A stretch of 64,000 nucleotides of DNA from an uncultured Acidimicrobiales bacterium. Lineage in GTDB: Bacteria > Actinomycetota > Acidimicrobiia > Acidimicrobiales > SHLQ01. The stretch spans positions 53-64,052 of the forward strand of contig CALJDK010000041.1 of assembly GCA_938023735.1 (NCBI GenBank), read 5' to 3'. Shown piece after piece: positions 1-9,601 of the stretch. The notes under the pieces were generated by a model, which was not told the origin of the DNA, searched no databases, and was given only the letters and a program-made list of their open reading frames with translations. The translations under genes were made by a program, and so were the position numbers. How positions within the stretch are numbered: the stretch's first letter is position 1; every line of letters starts with the position of its first letter.

Positions 1-7
1 ATCGCTT

Positions 8-1222
8 CTACTCGATGCGCAGACCCGAGATAGCACGGCTGATTACCAGCTGCTGGATCTGCTCGGTTCCTTCGAAGATGTCGTGAATCTTGGCATCACG
101 GTGCCAGCGCTCTACCGGGTACTCGCGGGTGTAGCCGTAGCCTCCGAGGATTTGGATAGCTCGCTCGGTGACCCAGGTGGCGGTACGACCGGCCTTCATC
201 TTGGCCATGGAGCCTTCGGCGTTCTGGAACTTGCCGTTCTTGCCCAGCCACGCAGCACGCTGAATGAGCAGGCGACTGGCGTCGATCTCGGTTGCCATGT
301 CGGCGAGCATGAATGCAATCGACTGGTTCATGATGATCGGACGACCAAAGGCTTCGCGCTCTTTGGCGTACTGGAGCGAGTACTCGTAGGCGGCGCGAGC
401 AACACCGAGTGCCTGAGCACCAACCGCGGGGCGGGTGGCCTCGAAGGTCTGCATGGCAGCCTGGGCGTTACCCTTCTTGCCTTCACGGACTCGAGCAAGA
501 CGCTCGTCGAGCTTCTCTTTGCCGCCAAGCAGGCAGCTTCCGGGAACGCGAACTTCGTCGAGAACAACCTCGGCGGTGTGACTGGCCCGAATACCGTGCT
601 TCTTGTACTTCTGCCCCTGGCTGAGGCCGGGGGTATTGGGCGGAACCACGAAACTGGCGTGACCCTTCGACTTGAGCTCGGGGTCAACGACGCCGACCAC
701 CACGTGAATGTCGGCCATACCACCGTTGGTGATCCAGGCCTTGGTGCCGTTGAGCACCCACTCGTCCTTGGCCTCGTCGTACTTGGCCGACAGGCGGTAC
801 CCGCCAACGTCGGATCCGGCGTCGGGTTCGCTGGCGGCGAAGGCGCCGGTCTGGATCTTGTCGGCGGTGCCGTAGCACTGCGGCACCCATTCCATGACCT
901 GCTCGGGCGTGCCTGAAGCGGCAATACCTGCGGCCGCGAGGCCTGAGCCCATGATGGCCATGCCGATGCCGGCGTCGGCCCAGAACAGCTCTTCGATGGC
1001 GGTGACCATGGAAAGACCCGTTGGGTCATTCATCATCATCTCGGCCATGAACTCCCAGCTGTACAGCCCGATCTTGGCGGCCTCTTCAACGATGGGCCAC
1101 GGGAACTCTTCTTTTTCGTCCCACTCTTCGGCGGCGGGACGGATGACGTCGACACCAAACTCGTGGATCCACTTCTGGAGTTGAAGTTGGTCTTCGTTCA
1201 GTTCGAGGGAGAACTCTGCCAT
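8..1222 (-). CDS. acyl-CoA dehydrogenase
   Basis: Full-length 404-aa ORF with typical ACAD layout. The C-terminal GGYGYTREYPVERWHRDAKI...EGT.QIQ motif is characteristic of the family. The overlapping + strand ORFs are high-GC shadows. Confidence 0.9.
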   Translation of the reverse strand: MAEFSLELNEDQLQLQKWIHEFGVDVIRPAAEEWDEKEEFPWPIVEEAAKIGLYSWEFMAEMMMNDPTGLSMVTAIEELFWADAGIGMAIMGSGLAAAGIAASGTPEQVMEWVPQCYGTADKIQTGAFAASEPDAGSDVGGYRLSAKYDEAKDEWVLNGTKAWITNGGMADIHVVVGVVDPELKSKGHASFVVPPNTPGLSQGQKYKKHGIRASHTAEVVLDEVRVPGSCLLGGKEKLDERLARVREGKKGNAQAAMQTFEATRPAVGAQALGVARAAYEYSLQYAKEREAFGRPIIMNQSIAFMLADMATEIDASRLLIQRAAWLGKNGKFQNAEGSMAKMKAGRTATWVTERAIQILGGYGYTREYPVERWHRDAKIHDIFEGTEQIQQLVISRAISGLRIE

Positions 1223-1333
1223 TTGTGTGAGTCTTTCGTTATCGCTGAATAGCGGCGTATCGGGAACAGCACGCCTGTGCTCATAATCGGCGCTTTTGCC
1301 GAGACTTCAATCGAAGTCGCCCGCAAATTGGGG

Positions 1334-1349
1334 GTTACTAGTGAGTAAC
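1334..1349. promoter_or_regulatory. perfect 6-bp inverted repeat GTTACT-AGTG-AGTAAC in the divergent intergenic region
   Basis: Read directly from the sequence. It lies about 110 bp upstream of the acyl-CoA dehydrogenase start. Calling it an operator is speculative. Confidence 0.2.
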
Positions 1350-1541
1350 TTACAGAATGCGGACAGAAATGCAACCATTTCTTCTCGGCAGTACTTCCCT
1401 CTATCTTCTCCCCCACCCACTCCCCACGCACTCGCCTTTCCCTCGCCCCTATCTCGACGGAATGGTCAAACCGGCCTTCCGAGCGCCGATTGGACCCCCA
1501 TGGCACTTCCGCCAACACTCCGGTCACCAGGCCGCGCCACC

Positions 1542-2765
1542 ATGGCGGTCCTGGTACTTCTCGTCATCACCGCAGCCATCAGCACCCTCGCCAACAAGTT
1601 TCTGCTTGGCGATCTGTCGCAGGGCTGGGCGCTGGCAGTAACCGGCCTGCTCGTGGTGACCATCGGCGGATCGCTCTTGACGAGGTTCGTGGCCTGGCCC
1701 CTGGCCTCGCGCCAAGCCGAGCTATTCGACACCACACAAACCTCGCAAAACGCGCTCAGCCACGACGAACATTTCCGCCAGCAGTTCGCTCAACTCGACC
1801 GAGAACTCGCGGCTGCACCCTCGGAACCCGCCGCCATCAAGGTCCTCGGCGATTACCTCAGCGAGTTGGGCATCAGCGACCTCATCGAACTCCACGTGAT
1901 CAACGCCTTCGACGACACGCTCGACTTTGTGGCCGCCAACCGCAGCATGGTCTTGCCATCGAGTCCCGCATCGCCGTGGGATTGCAAAGCCGCGGTTGCT
2001 AGCGCCACGGTCACCACCGAAACCACCAGTAGTCCCGATGCCTGCGCCCATTTACGAACGCGGGTTTCGGCCCCCGTGTCTGCTGTGTCGGTGCCACTTA
2101 CGGCGCAGGGTGGCATCCTTGGCGTGCTTCACGCCACGGGGCCCGAAGGCGATCCGCCCACCCCTACAGCGGTCATCATTCTGGAATCCTTCGCCGCTCG
2201 TGCTGCGCTGAACATTGCGCTCCAGCGCTCGTCGACAGAAGCATGGCGACCACACATCGACACCACCACCTCGCTTCCCACCGACGACGACGTGGCCATC
2301 GTGGTGGCGCGGGCACTGGCCGACAATCGACCTCAAGCGGTCGGTTGGCTCAGCATCGACAACCTCACCCGTCTTGACGCTGAGCACGGTTCCGAGGTGA
2401 CGAGGGGGTACCAACGCTGGCTCGCCAGCCTGCTCCTCAGCCTTCTCCCACCCGGCTCGTCCATCGGCACCCGACCCGACGGCGATTTCCTGCTCGCTAT
2501 CGACCTGCCCGGCGGCAACACCGCCGAAAACTCTTCAGCCGCAGGTTTTGCCGACGCCGTCGAACGAATCGAGCTGGTGCGGGCCGCTGTGGCGCAACGG
2601 AGAGGTCGCGACCTGCCCGACGTCACCGTAAGCGCAGGGGTGATCGGATCCACCGGCGCCCCGTCGACCATCGCACTCCTGGCCCGAGCACGGGCCGGCC
2701 TCGATCACGCTCGGAAGAGCGGCGGCAACATCGTCGTACAACAAAGCGGTCAAGCCAGCTCCTAG
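1542..2765 (+). CDS. membrane protein with GAF-like middle region and degenerate GGDEF-type C-terminal domain
   Basis: Hydrophobic N-terminus starts at the internal Met (MAVLVLLVITAAI...). The C-terminus (WLSIDNLTRLDAEHGSEVTRGYQ...RPDGDFLLAI...SAGV...ARARAGLDHARKSGGN) follows the diguanylate cyclase fold, but PDGDF sits where GGDEF is expected. The longest ORF starts at 1296, so the start is uncertain. Confidence 0.6.
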   Translation: MAVLVLLVITAAISTLANKFLLGDLSQGWALAVTGLLVVTIGGSLLTRFVAWPLASRQAELFDTTQTSQNALSHDEHFRQQFAQLDRELAAAPSEPAAIKVLGDYLSELGISDLIELHVINAFDDTLDFVAANRSMVLPSSPASPWDCKAAVASATVTTETTSSPDACAHLRTRVSAPVSAVSVPLTAQGGILGVLHATGPEGDPPTPTAVIILESFAARAALNIALQRSSTEAWRPHIDTTTSLPTDDDVAIVVARALADNRPQAVGWLSIDNLTRLDAEHGSEVTRGYQRWLASLLLSLLPPGSSIGTRPDGDFLLAIDLPGGNTAENSSAAGFADAVERIELVRAAVAQRRGRDLPDVTVSAGVIGSTGAPSTIALLARARAGLDHARKSGGNIVVQQSGQASS

Positions 2766-2923
2766 AGCACCGACAACCACCACCCGCTGGTTCGCCGCCA
2801 CGAGACGGTTGTGCTTTAGCCTGCAAGGCAATGAGTTCTCCCGCGTCACCCCCGTCACCGTCCCCCGCTTCGTCTCCGTCATCCTCGTCATCCTCGGTTT
2901 CCGCACCAACCGAGCTGGCCAAG

Positions 2924-5900
2924 ATGTACTCGCCGGCCGACACTGAGACCGATGTGCGGACTCGCTGGGAAACCGCCAACGCCTTTGCCGTCGAGCCAAC
3001 CACCAACCCCGACGACCCCACCTACAGCATCGTCATCCCGCCACCCAACGTCACGGCGGCGTTGCACCTCGGGCATGCGCTCAACAACACCTTGCAGGAT
3101 GTTCTGACCCGATACCACCGCATGCGGGGCGATCGCACGCTGTGGATGCCAGGCACCGACCACGCTGGCATCGCCACCCAAACCGTGGTGGAGAAGCGAC
3201 TCCTCTCCCAAGGCATCAAACGACTCGACATGGGCCGCGACGCCTTCATCGAAAAGACCCAGGAGTGGAAGGACGAATACGAGGAGGTCATCCTCGAACA
3301 GCTGAAGGCGATGGGAGCAAGCTGCGATTTCGACCGCACCCGGTTCACGATGGACGACGTTTGCGCCACCGCCGTGCGCCACGCCTTCTTCCTTTTGTTC
3401 CAAGACGGCCTGATTTACCGGGGTAAGCGCCTGGTCAACTGGGATCCTGTGACCCGCACCGCGCTGTCAGACGACGAGGTCGAGATGGAAGAGGTCGAGG
3501 GCCATATGTGGTACCTCAACTATCCGCTGGCCGATGGTTCAGGTCACGTGACCGTGGCAACAACCCGGCCTGAAACCATGCTTGGCGATACCGCCGTTGC
3601 CGTGAACCCCAACGACCCGCTGGCCGAAGCCGTGCGAGGCAAAGATGTGCTGCTGCCCATCGTTGGCCGCACCATCCCCATCGTCGAGGACGACTATGTC
3701 GTGATGGCCGACCCCGAGGGCGACACCAAAGCAAAGATCGCTAGTGGTTTCCTGAAGGTCACGCCGGCACATGACCCCAACGACTGGGAGATCGGGCTGC
3801 GTCACGACCTGCCCGTTATCAACGTGATGGGTCCCGACGGTGGCATCACCGACAAGTACGGCTGGGATGACCCCAGCCCGGAATCGCAGCAGTTCATCGG
3901 CATGAGCCGAGAGGACGCCCGGGCAGCGATCGTGGAATGGTTCGACACCAACGGCCTACTCGACAAGGTCATCGACTACAGCCACTCGGTCGGCCACAGC
4001 TACCGAAGTCATGTGCCGATCGAGCCGTGGTTATCCGACCAGTGGTACGTGGCGGTCACCGACGACAAACTCCGTGGCGCCGCAATCCGCTCGCAGGTGA
4101 CCGATCAGGCCGGAGAGGTTCCCGAAGGCGTCACCGGTCCTGCCGACGCTGAAGGCGACGGTGGTCTCCGGTTCTACCCGCCCCGGTACGCCCGCACGTT
4201 TCACTCGTGGCACGAGAACATTCGCGACTGGTGCATCAGCCGCCAGCTCTGGTGGGGCCATCAGATTCCGGTCTGGAACCGCACCGTGGCGATGGCCGAC
4301 GCGACCCCCGAGGTCGTCGCTGCGCTCACCAACGCCAATGTCGACTCGGCCCAGCCAGTCGAAAGTGCGTGGGTTGCCGCGGGAGCCGCCCACCTGGCCC
4401 GGCTGGTTACCACCGACGAAATCGAAGAGAGCGTGTGCGTGCCGCCCGGCAGCTCGCTACAGCGCCTCGAACGCTCCGACACGGCGATGGACGAACAGCA
4501 GCTCATCGCTGCGCTCGAATCCGATGGCTATGTGCGCGACCCCGATGTTCTTGACACCTGGTTCTCGTCGGGCCTCTGGCCCATGTCGACCATGGGTTGG
4601 CCGTGGCCCGAGGACTTCCCCGAAACCGTTGGCCTTCTCAACTCCTTCAACCCCACATCGCTGCTCACCACCGCCCGCGAAATCATCACGCTGTGGGTGA
4701 GCCGTATGGTGATGTTCAACCGCTACTTCATGGATGGCCAGCTGCCCTTTGACGACGTGTTCATTCACGCCATGATCCAGGACGGGCACGGTCAGAAGAT
4801 GTCGAAGAGCCTGGGCAACGGTGTGGACCCGCGCGACATCATCCACACGCACGGCGCCGATGCAATGCGGTTCAGCCTGACCCAGATGACGACCGACACG
4901 CAGGACCTGCGAATGCCGGTCGACACGATCTGCCCGCACACCGAAGAGGTGTTTACGCCCGAGTTCATCACGACGCCTGCGGGCCACACCGTCGCAGCTC
5001 CGATTCAGCAGTCGCCCGGCGGCGACGGCAAGACCATGGTGAGTATGTACGGCGTGGCGACCGGCCAGGTCGAACCATCGGACGATCAGCCGCTGGCCCG
5101 CAACACCTCACCCAAGTTCGATGTGGGTCGGAACTTCGCCAACAAGGTCTGGAACGCAACCCGGTTTGCGTTGGGCAGCATTCAGCTTGATGAAACCACC
5201 ACACCGTCGGACCCCGTTGCCATGAACACAACCGCCTTTGTCGACCAGTGGATTGTCTCTCGGCTTGCCGAGACCACGGCCACGATTGACAAGGCGCTCG
5301 CCAACTACCAGTTCAACGTGTACGCCGACACGCTCTACCACTTCGTATGGGATGACTTCTGCGATAACTACCTCGAAGCCATCAAGCCAACCGTGCGCGA
5401 CACCCCAAGCCAGCAAGTGGTGCTGGGTGCGGTGCTCGACGCCGTGCTGCGACTCATGCACCCGGTCTGTCCCTTTGTTACCGAGGCGCTCTGGGCCAAT
5501 GTGGTCGCGGCGCGAGGTGGCGAGGTTGCCGGACTGGATCTTGGCGATCGCTCCTCGCTCGAGCTGCTGGTTAACGCTCCGTGGCCAGTGCTCGACGAAT
5601 CGCTCATCGACGCCAGTGCGGCCAAGACATTCGACCGTGCTCACGAACTTGCTACCGAGATTCGCCGGTTGCGTTCGCAGCGTGCGGTAAAACCAAAACA
5701 ACAAATCACGGTGCATGTCGATGCCAAGGTGCAGGAGCTCATCGACGCTGCGGGCGGAATGATCGAGACCCTTGCGGTGGTCGGCGACGTCTACAGTTCG
5801 GATGACGAACTCCCACAGGTATCGAGCGCCATTGCGTTTGAAGGCTCGCAAGTGATCGTGTCGGACCTGGTTGAAGAGGTTGATCTCGATGCCGAGGCCG

Positions 5901-6082
5901 GGCGACTCGACGGCGTCATCGCCGATCTCGAGGGCACCATCAAGAACCTCGAAGGCCGCCTGAGCAACGAGGGTTATGTCAAGAACGCCAAGCCAGAGTT
6001 GGTGCAGGAAAGCCGTGATCAGCTGGCCGCAGCCCAAGCCGACCTCGCCGCAGCAACAACAGCACGAGAAGCGCTCAGCTAG
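2924..6082 (+). CDS. valS: valine--tRNA ligase
   Basis: Has the HIGH-type motif (PPPNVTAALHLGHALN), KMSKS (KMSKSLGN), WWGHQIPVW and DVLDTWFSS, plus a C-terminal coiled coil. The longest ORF begins at 2831 with a Ser/Pro-rich extension. Met at 2924 (MYSPADTE...) is the more likely start. Confidence 0.93.
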   Translation: MYSPADTETDVRTRWETANAFAVEPTTNPDDPTYSIVIPPPNVTAALHLGHALNNTLQDVLTRYHRMRGDRTLWMPGTDHAGIATQTVVEKRLLSQGIKRLDMGRDAFIEKTQEWKDEYEEVILEQLKAMGASCDFDRTRFTMDDVCATAVRHAFFLLFQDGLIYRGKRLVNWDPVTRTALSDDEVEMEEVEGHMWYLNYPLADGSGHVTVATTRPETMLGDTAVAVNPNDPLAEAVRGKDVLLPIVGRTIPIVEDDYVVMADPEGDTKAKIASGFLKVTPAHDPNDWEIGLRHDLPVINVMGPDGGITDKYGWDDPSPESQQFIGMSREDARAAIVEWFDTNGLLDKVIDYSHSVGHSYRSHVPIEPWLSDQWYVAVTDDKLRGAAIRSQVTDQAGEVPEGVTGPADAEGDGGLRFYPPRYARTFHSWHENIRDWCISRQLWWGHQIPVWNRTVAMADATPEVVAALTNANVDSAQPVESAWVAAGAAHLARLVTTDEIEESVCVPPGSSLQRLERSDTAMDEQQLIAALESDGYVRDPDVLDTWFSSGLWPMSTMGWPWPEDFPETVGLLNSFNPTSLLTTAREIITLWVSRMVMFNRYFMDGQLPFDDVFIHAMIQDGHGQKMSKSLGNGVDPRDIIHTHGADAMRFSLTQMTTDTQDLRMPVDTICPHTEEVFTPEFITTPAGHTVAAPIQQSPGGDGKTMVSMYGVATGQVEPSDDQPLARNTSPKFDVGRNFANKVWNATRFALGSIQLDETTTPSDPVAMNTTAFVDQWIVSRLAETTATIDKALANYQFNVYADTLYHFVWDDFCDNYLEAIKPTVRDTPSQQVVLGAVLDAVLRLMHPVCPFVTEALWANVVAARGGEVAGLDLGDRSSLELLVNAPWPVLDESLIDASAAKTFDRAHELATEIRRLRSQRAVKPKQQITVHVDAKVQELIDAAGGMIETLAVVGDVYSSDDELPQVSSAIAFEGSQVIVSDLVEEVDLDAEAGRLDGVIADLEGTIKNLEGRLSNEGYVKNAKPELVQESRDQLAAAQADLAAATTAREALS

Positions 6083-6136
6083 TCCATTTGGCCCCTCTTC
6101 CCTCACAGGACTCGCGGAGAAAGTACTCTCGGGTCT

Positions 6137-6931
6137 ATGACCGAATCCGCCAGCGCTTGGCGACTCCCCAAACGGTCGATCGCAGCTCTGCTTTGCGTGC
6201 TGGTTCTCCTACCGCCGCTGGTCGGGTTTGTTGTCGCCTCGATGCGCCCCGAGATGTATCGCGCCGAAGCCGACGCCTACCACCGGGTAGAGAGCCCAGA
6301 GTTTGCGGTAACCGATCGCCTCTTGGCATCCCAGGAATTGAAAGCCAACGCCCGAGCCCTTGCGGTTGAGGTTGGCGAAGCCAACGGCATGACCGCCCAA
6401 CAGGTGGTCGACAAACTCAGCATCGACAATGTGAGCATCGGCGTAAACGACGACAGCACCGTGCTTCGGTTCCACATTCTCGACCAAGACCCTGACGTCG
6501 CGTTGAAGCTGGTTCAGGAGTACGTCGATGCCTATCTTCGATCGGTCGCTCCCGAACGCGAAGTTCCTGGCCTGGTCGACAACAAGGCCGAACTTGAAAA
6601 GCTCGAGGCCGAACGCAACGACATCCGGGCCCGCCTGGCCGAGGCCGTGACCGCCGGCGATATCGACGCTCAAGAACGTATCGGCATCCAATACGACCGG
6701 GTCGTCACCGAGATGGAGATTCTGGTTGAGGTCTGGAACAAGCTGCAGCCCGAACAGCCGGTAATCATTGCCGAGCCGACTGCGGCATCGTGGGTTACCG
6801 ATTCACCGGTAGAACCTCGTCCGCTTCGCACGGCGGCAATTGGCCTGTTCGGCGGATTGGTACTTGCCGCTGCGGCGCTGGTGCTGCTGCGCCGCACAAC
6901 CCCGGCCCGGAGCAACGAACTCCAGCAATGA
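6137..6931 (+). CDS. polysaccharide chain-length determinant (Wzz/PCP)-like protein
   Basis: N-terminal TM helix, then a coiled-coil-rich soluble region, then a C-terminal TM helix preceded by a Pro-rich segment (SPVEPRPLRTAAIGLFGGLVLAAAALVLL). It is translationally coupled by an ATGA overlap to the next membrane protein. Confidence 0.45.
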   Translation: MTESASAWRLPKRSIAALLCVLVLLPPLVGFVVASMRPEMYRAEADAYHRVESPEFAVTDRLLASQELKANARALAVEVGEANGMTAQQVVDKLSIDNVSIGVNDDSTVLRFHILDQDPDVALKLVQEYVDAYLRSVAPEREVPGLVDNKAELEKLEAERNDIRARLAEAVTAGDIDAQERIGIQYDRVVTEMEILVEVWNKLQPEQPVIIAEPTAASWVTDSPVEPRPLRTAAIGLFGGLVLAAAALVLLRRTTPARSNELQQ

Positions 6932-8520
6932 CGGCGTCGCTCTCCCCCACCAATCCTTCCAGCCCCAACCCCTCCGGTCCCTCCAGCTCTGCCGACTCGG
7001 TCTCTCCTGGCTCGGCCTCTCCTGGCTCTGTCTCCCCAGGCTCTTCTGGCGGTTCTCCCCCTCTTGGCGGCGCTGGTGTCGGCAACGACGGGGGCGCTGC
7101 GGCGCTTTTGGCTGCGCTCGTTGCGGCTGCGGTCCTGCTTGGACTCGCCACGGCATACGGTGAGCTCTTCGCTCTCGTCGGCCTTCTCGCTCTGGCCTAC
7201 GTAGTTGCGGTTGCCCGAGTGCCCATGATCGGCGTGATCTCGATTCTCACCGTCACCCCACTACTCGCCGCGCAGGAACGGGGCTACATCGTTCCCGGAT
7301 TCCGCGTTCACGAAGCGGTGATCTTTGCCAGCATTGCCGGCGTTGGCTTGCGAGCACTCGCGGCGCATCTTTGTGGCTGGGGAGTGAAGATCAAGCCGCA
7401 TGCGGTTGACCTTGCCTTCACCGTGGTGGCGTTCACCGGTTCGGTCGTTCCAGCGCTTCTCATGGTCAGCCGCGGCCGCTCCATCAGCACCGAAGGCATC
7501 GGCCAATTGATGGTCTTTCCCAAGTACTTCGGGCTGTATGTACTCATGCGCTGCTCGGTTCGAAGCTTCGAGCATCTTCGCATCGCGCTGCTCACCATCT
7601 GTGGAGTTGGCACGGTGGTGTCGCTGGTCGCCCTCGTTCAGACCGCCGCGACCCAGCGGGTAAACGACCTGTTTCTATCATTCGGTTGGGAGATCACCGA
7701 ACACTTCTTTATCGGCAAGACCACATCCACCATCGGCAACGCCATCTTGCTCGGCATGTACCTCTCCATGCTGCTTGCGGTGTCGCTGTCGTTGCTGTTC
7801 CGCACGCTGGCGCGCCGCCAAGAGGCCATCTGGGCAAACCCCAAAGGTCGCCGCAACACCGCGGCAATCACGGGCATCGCTGGCATCATCTTCCTGGCCT
7901 GCTTGTCGACCGGGCAGATGTCGACCCTCATCGCCATCTTCTGCGCCGTGGTGATTGGCTTGGTCGCCGTTCGACGGGCCCGCTATCTCGGACTCTTCCC
8001 CCTTGTCGGCGCGGCGGCCGTGGTGCCGCTCTGGCCGGTCATCAACAAGCGTATCGAAGAGTTCAACGGGTTTAACGAGCTTCCGCGGAGCTGGGCCGAT
8101 CGGGTCGCAAACCTCCGAACCCACTTCCTGCCCGAGCTGGCAGCCGACGACAACTGGTTCTGGAGCGTTCGGCCCGAAACCGCAAAGTTCGACGGGAACA
8201 ACATCACCGGCACCGTCTTTTTAGAGAGTGGCTATCTGGCCATGTTGTGGATTGGCGGAGTGTTCCTGCTCGCGGCAGTCGTAGCGTTTCAGATAGCGTC
8301 GCTGCGCAGCACGTGGCGGGTGATTCGCCATCCGAATCCTTGGGTTGCCGCCGCGGCCACTGGCGCATTTGTTGGATTCTTCGCCACCATGTTTCTTATG
8401 TTGATCGACTCGCACCTCACCTTCCGAGGTAGCGCCGACCTGCTCTACACCCTGTTGGCGTTCTCGCTCATCACCGCCGCACCACCGCTACTAATCGGAA
8501 CACCCAGCAAGCGGATCTAG
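6928..8520 (+). CDS. O-antigen ligase/polymerase-like polytopic membrane protein
   Basis: Ser/Pro-rich N-terminus followed by about 10-12 predicted TM helices, with a larger loop as in Wzy_C-type proteins. The ATG at 6928 overlaps the upstream stop. The longest ORF starts at 6790. Confidence 0.5.
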   Translation: MTASLSPTNPSSPNPSGPSSSADSVSPGSASPGSVSPGSSGGSPPLGGAGVGNDGGAAALLAALVAAAVLLGLATAYGELFALVGLLALAYVVAVARVPMIGVISILTVTPLLAAQERGYIVPGFRVHEAVIFASIAGVGLRALAAHLCGWGVKIKPHAVDLAFTVVAFTGSVVPALLMVSRGRSISTEGIGQLMVFPKYFGLYVLMRCSVRSFEHLRIALLTICGVGTVVSLVALVQTAATQRVNDLFLSFGWEITEHFFIGKTTSTIGNAILLGMYLSMLLAVSLSLLFRTLARRQEAIWANPKGRRNTAAITGIAGIIFLACLSTGQMSTLIAIFCAVVIGLVAVRRARYLGLFPLVGAAAVVPLWPVINKRIEEFNGFNELPRSWADRVANLRTHFLPELAADDNWFWSVRPETAKFDGNNITGTVFLESGYLAMLWIGGVFLLAAVVAFQIASLRSTWRVIRHPNPWVAAAATGAFVGFFATMFLMLIDSHLTFRGSADLLYTLLAFSLITAAPPLLIGTPSKRI

Positions 8521-8575
8521 CAGTCTCTGTAGCCGGACCAGTAAGCCGGAGAGCAGCTCTTCTACACTCCGAAGC

Positions 8576-9448
8576 GTGAAATCACTTGTCGTGGGCGGCG
8601 TTCCTGAACACTTCAACCTGCCGTGGCATCTGGCCAACGCAACGGGTTCGTTTCATCGGGTCGGTACCGACCTTGATTGGCGCGACCAGAAAAGCGGAAC
8701 CGGGCAGATGATGGCGGCGCTTCAAGCCGGCGAGCTCGATATCGCCGTGGCCCTCACCGACGGCACGATCAAGGCCATCGCTGAAGGCAACCCGTCGAAG
8801 ATCGTCAGGCTCTACACCACATCGCCTCTTCAGTGGGGTGTGCACACCGCCGCTGCGGGAGCAATCGACCACGAGACCGACATCACCGCCGACCATCGAT
8901 TCGCTATCTCACGCTTCGGGTCGGGTTCGAACCTGATGGCCTACGTACTCGCCGACCGACTCGGACTCACCTTGCATCCCGAAGAGTCCTTCGTGATCGT
9001 CGGCACCCTTGATGGCGCGCGAACGGCGCTGCTCGCAGGAGACGCCGACGTGTTTCTGTGGGACCGGTTCATGACCTCACCGTTGGTAACCGCCGGCGAT
9101 TTCATCTGCGCCGATGTGCAGCCCACGCCGTGGCCGTCGTTTGCCATCGCGGTTCGAGACGACGTTCTTGCCGAGCGAGCTGATGAAGTGAAAGCGGTGC
9201 TCGATGTTGCGGCGACCTGGGCCAAAACCTTCGAAGGGCTTCCCGTCACCGAGGCCGCGTCGGCGGTGTCGAAACATCACCACCTCGACCCGGCAATAGC
9301 GGCCGACTGGTTCTCGGTGACCTCGTGGGCAGGTGGCGAAGCGATCGACCCGATCGTGATCGATGACGCCATGGCCACACTGGTCGGCCTGGGCGTGCTG
9401 GCCGAAGCAGTGCCGGTCACCAAGATCATCGCCGACTTGCCCGGATAA
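8576..9448 (+). CDS. NMT1/THI5-like (SsuA-type) periplasmic-binding-fold protein, no signal peptide
   Basis: The N-terminus MKSLVVGGVPEHFNLPW... and the overall 290-aa size resemble the NMT1-like substrate-binding family. Confidence 0.5.
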   Translation: MKSLVVGGVPEHFNLPWHLANATGSFHRVGTDLDWRDQKSGTGQMMAALQAGELDIAVALTDGTIKAIAEGNPSKIVRLYTTSPLQWGVHTAAAGAIDHETDITADHRFAISRFGSGSNLMAYVLADRLGLTLHPEESFVIVGTLDGARTALLAGDADVFLWDRFMTSPLVTAGDFICADVQPTPWPSFAIAVRDDVLAERADEVKAVLDVAATWAKTFEGLPVTEAASAVSKHHHLDPAIAADWFSVTSWAGGEAIDPIVIDDAMATLVGLGVLAEAVPVTKIIADLPG

Positions 9449-9601
9449 CCGAAACCCCTGTTCTCACTGTGCGTCCACAGCTTGACTACTCTGTGTGCTG
9501 GTGATTCACTGGTCAAGCCCTCCGCGGCAGGAGCGAAGGGCAGCCTCGTTGAAGGCATCACCAGACGAACTTGCGCGAAGTTCGAGTGAGGGAACCACAC
9601 C

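Noticed and set aside
2831-2923. Ser/Pro-rich N-terminal extension of ValRS
   Set aside because: It is probably untranslated. Conserved ValRS sequence begins right after Met 2924, and the extension is low-complexity sequence produced by taking the longest ORF.
5108-6106. 332-aa minus-strand ORF
   Set aside because: It is antisense to the valS 3' region.
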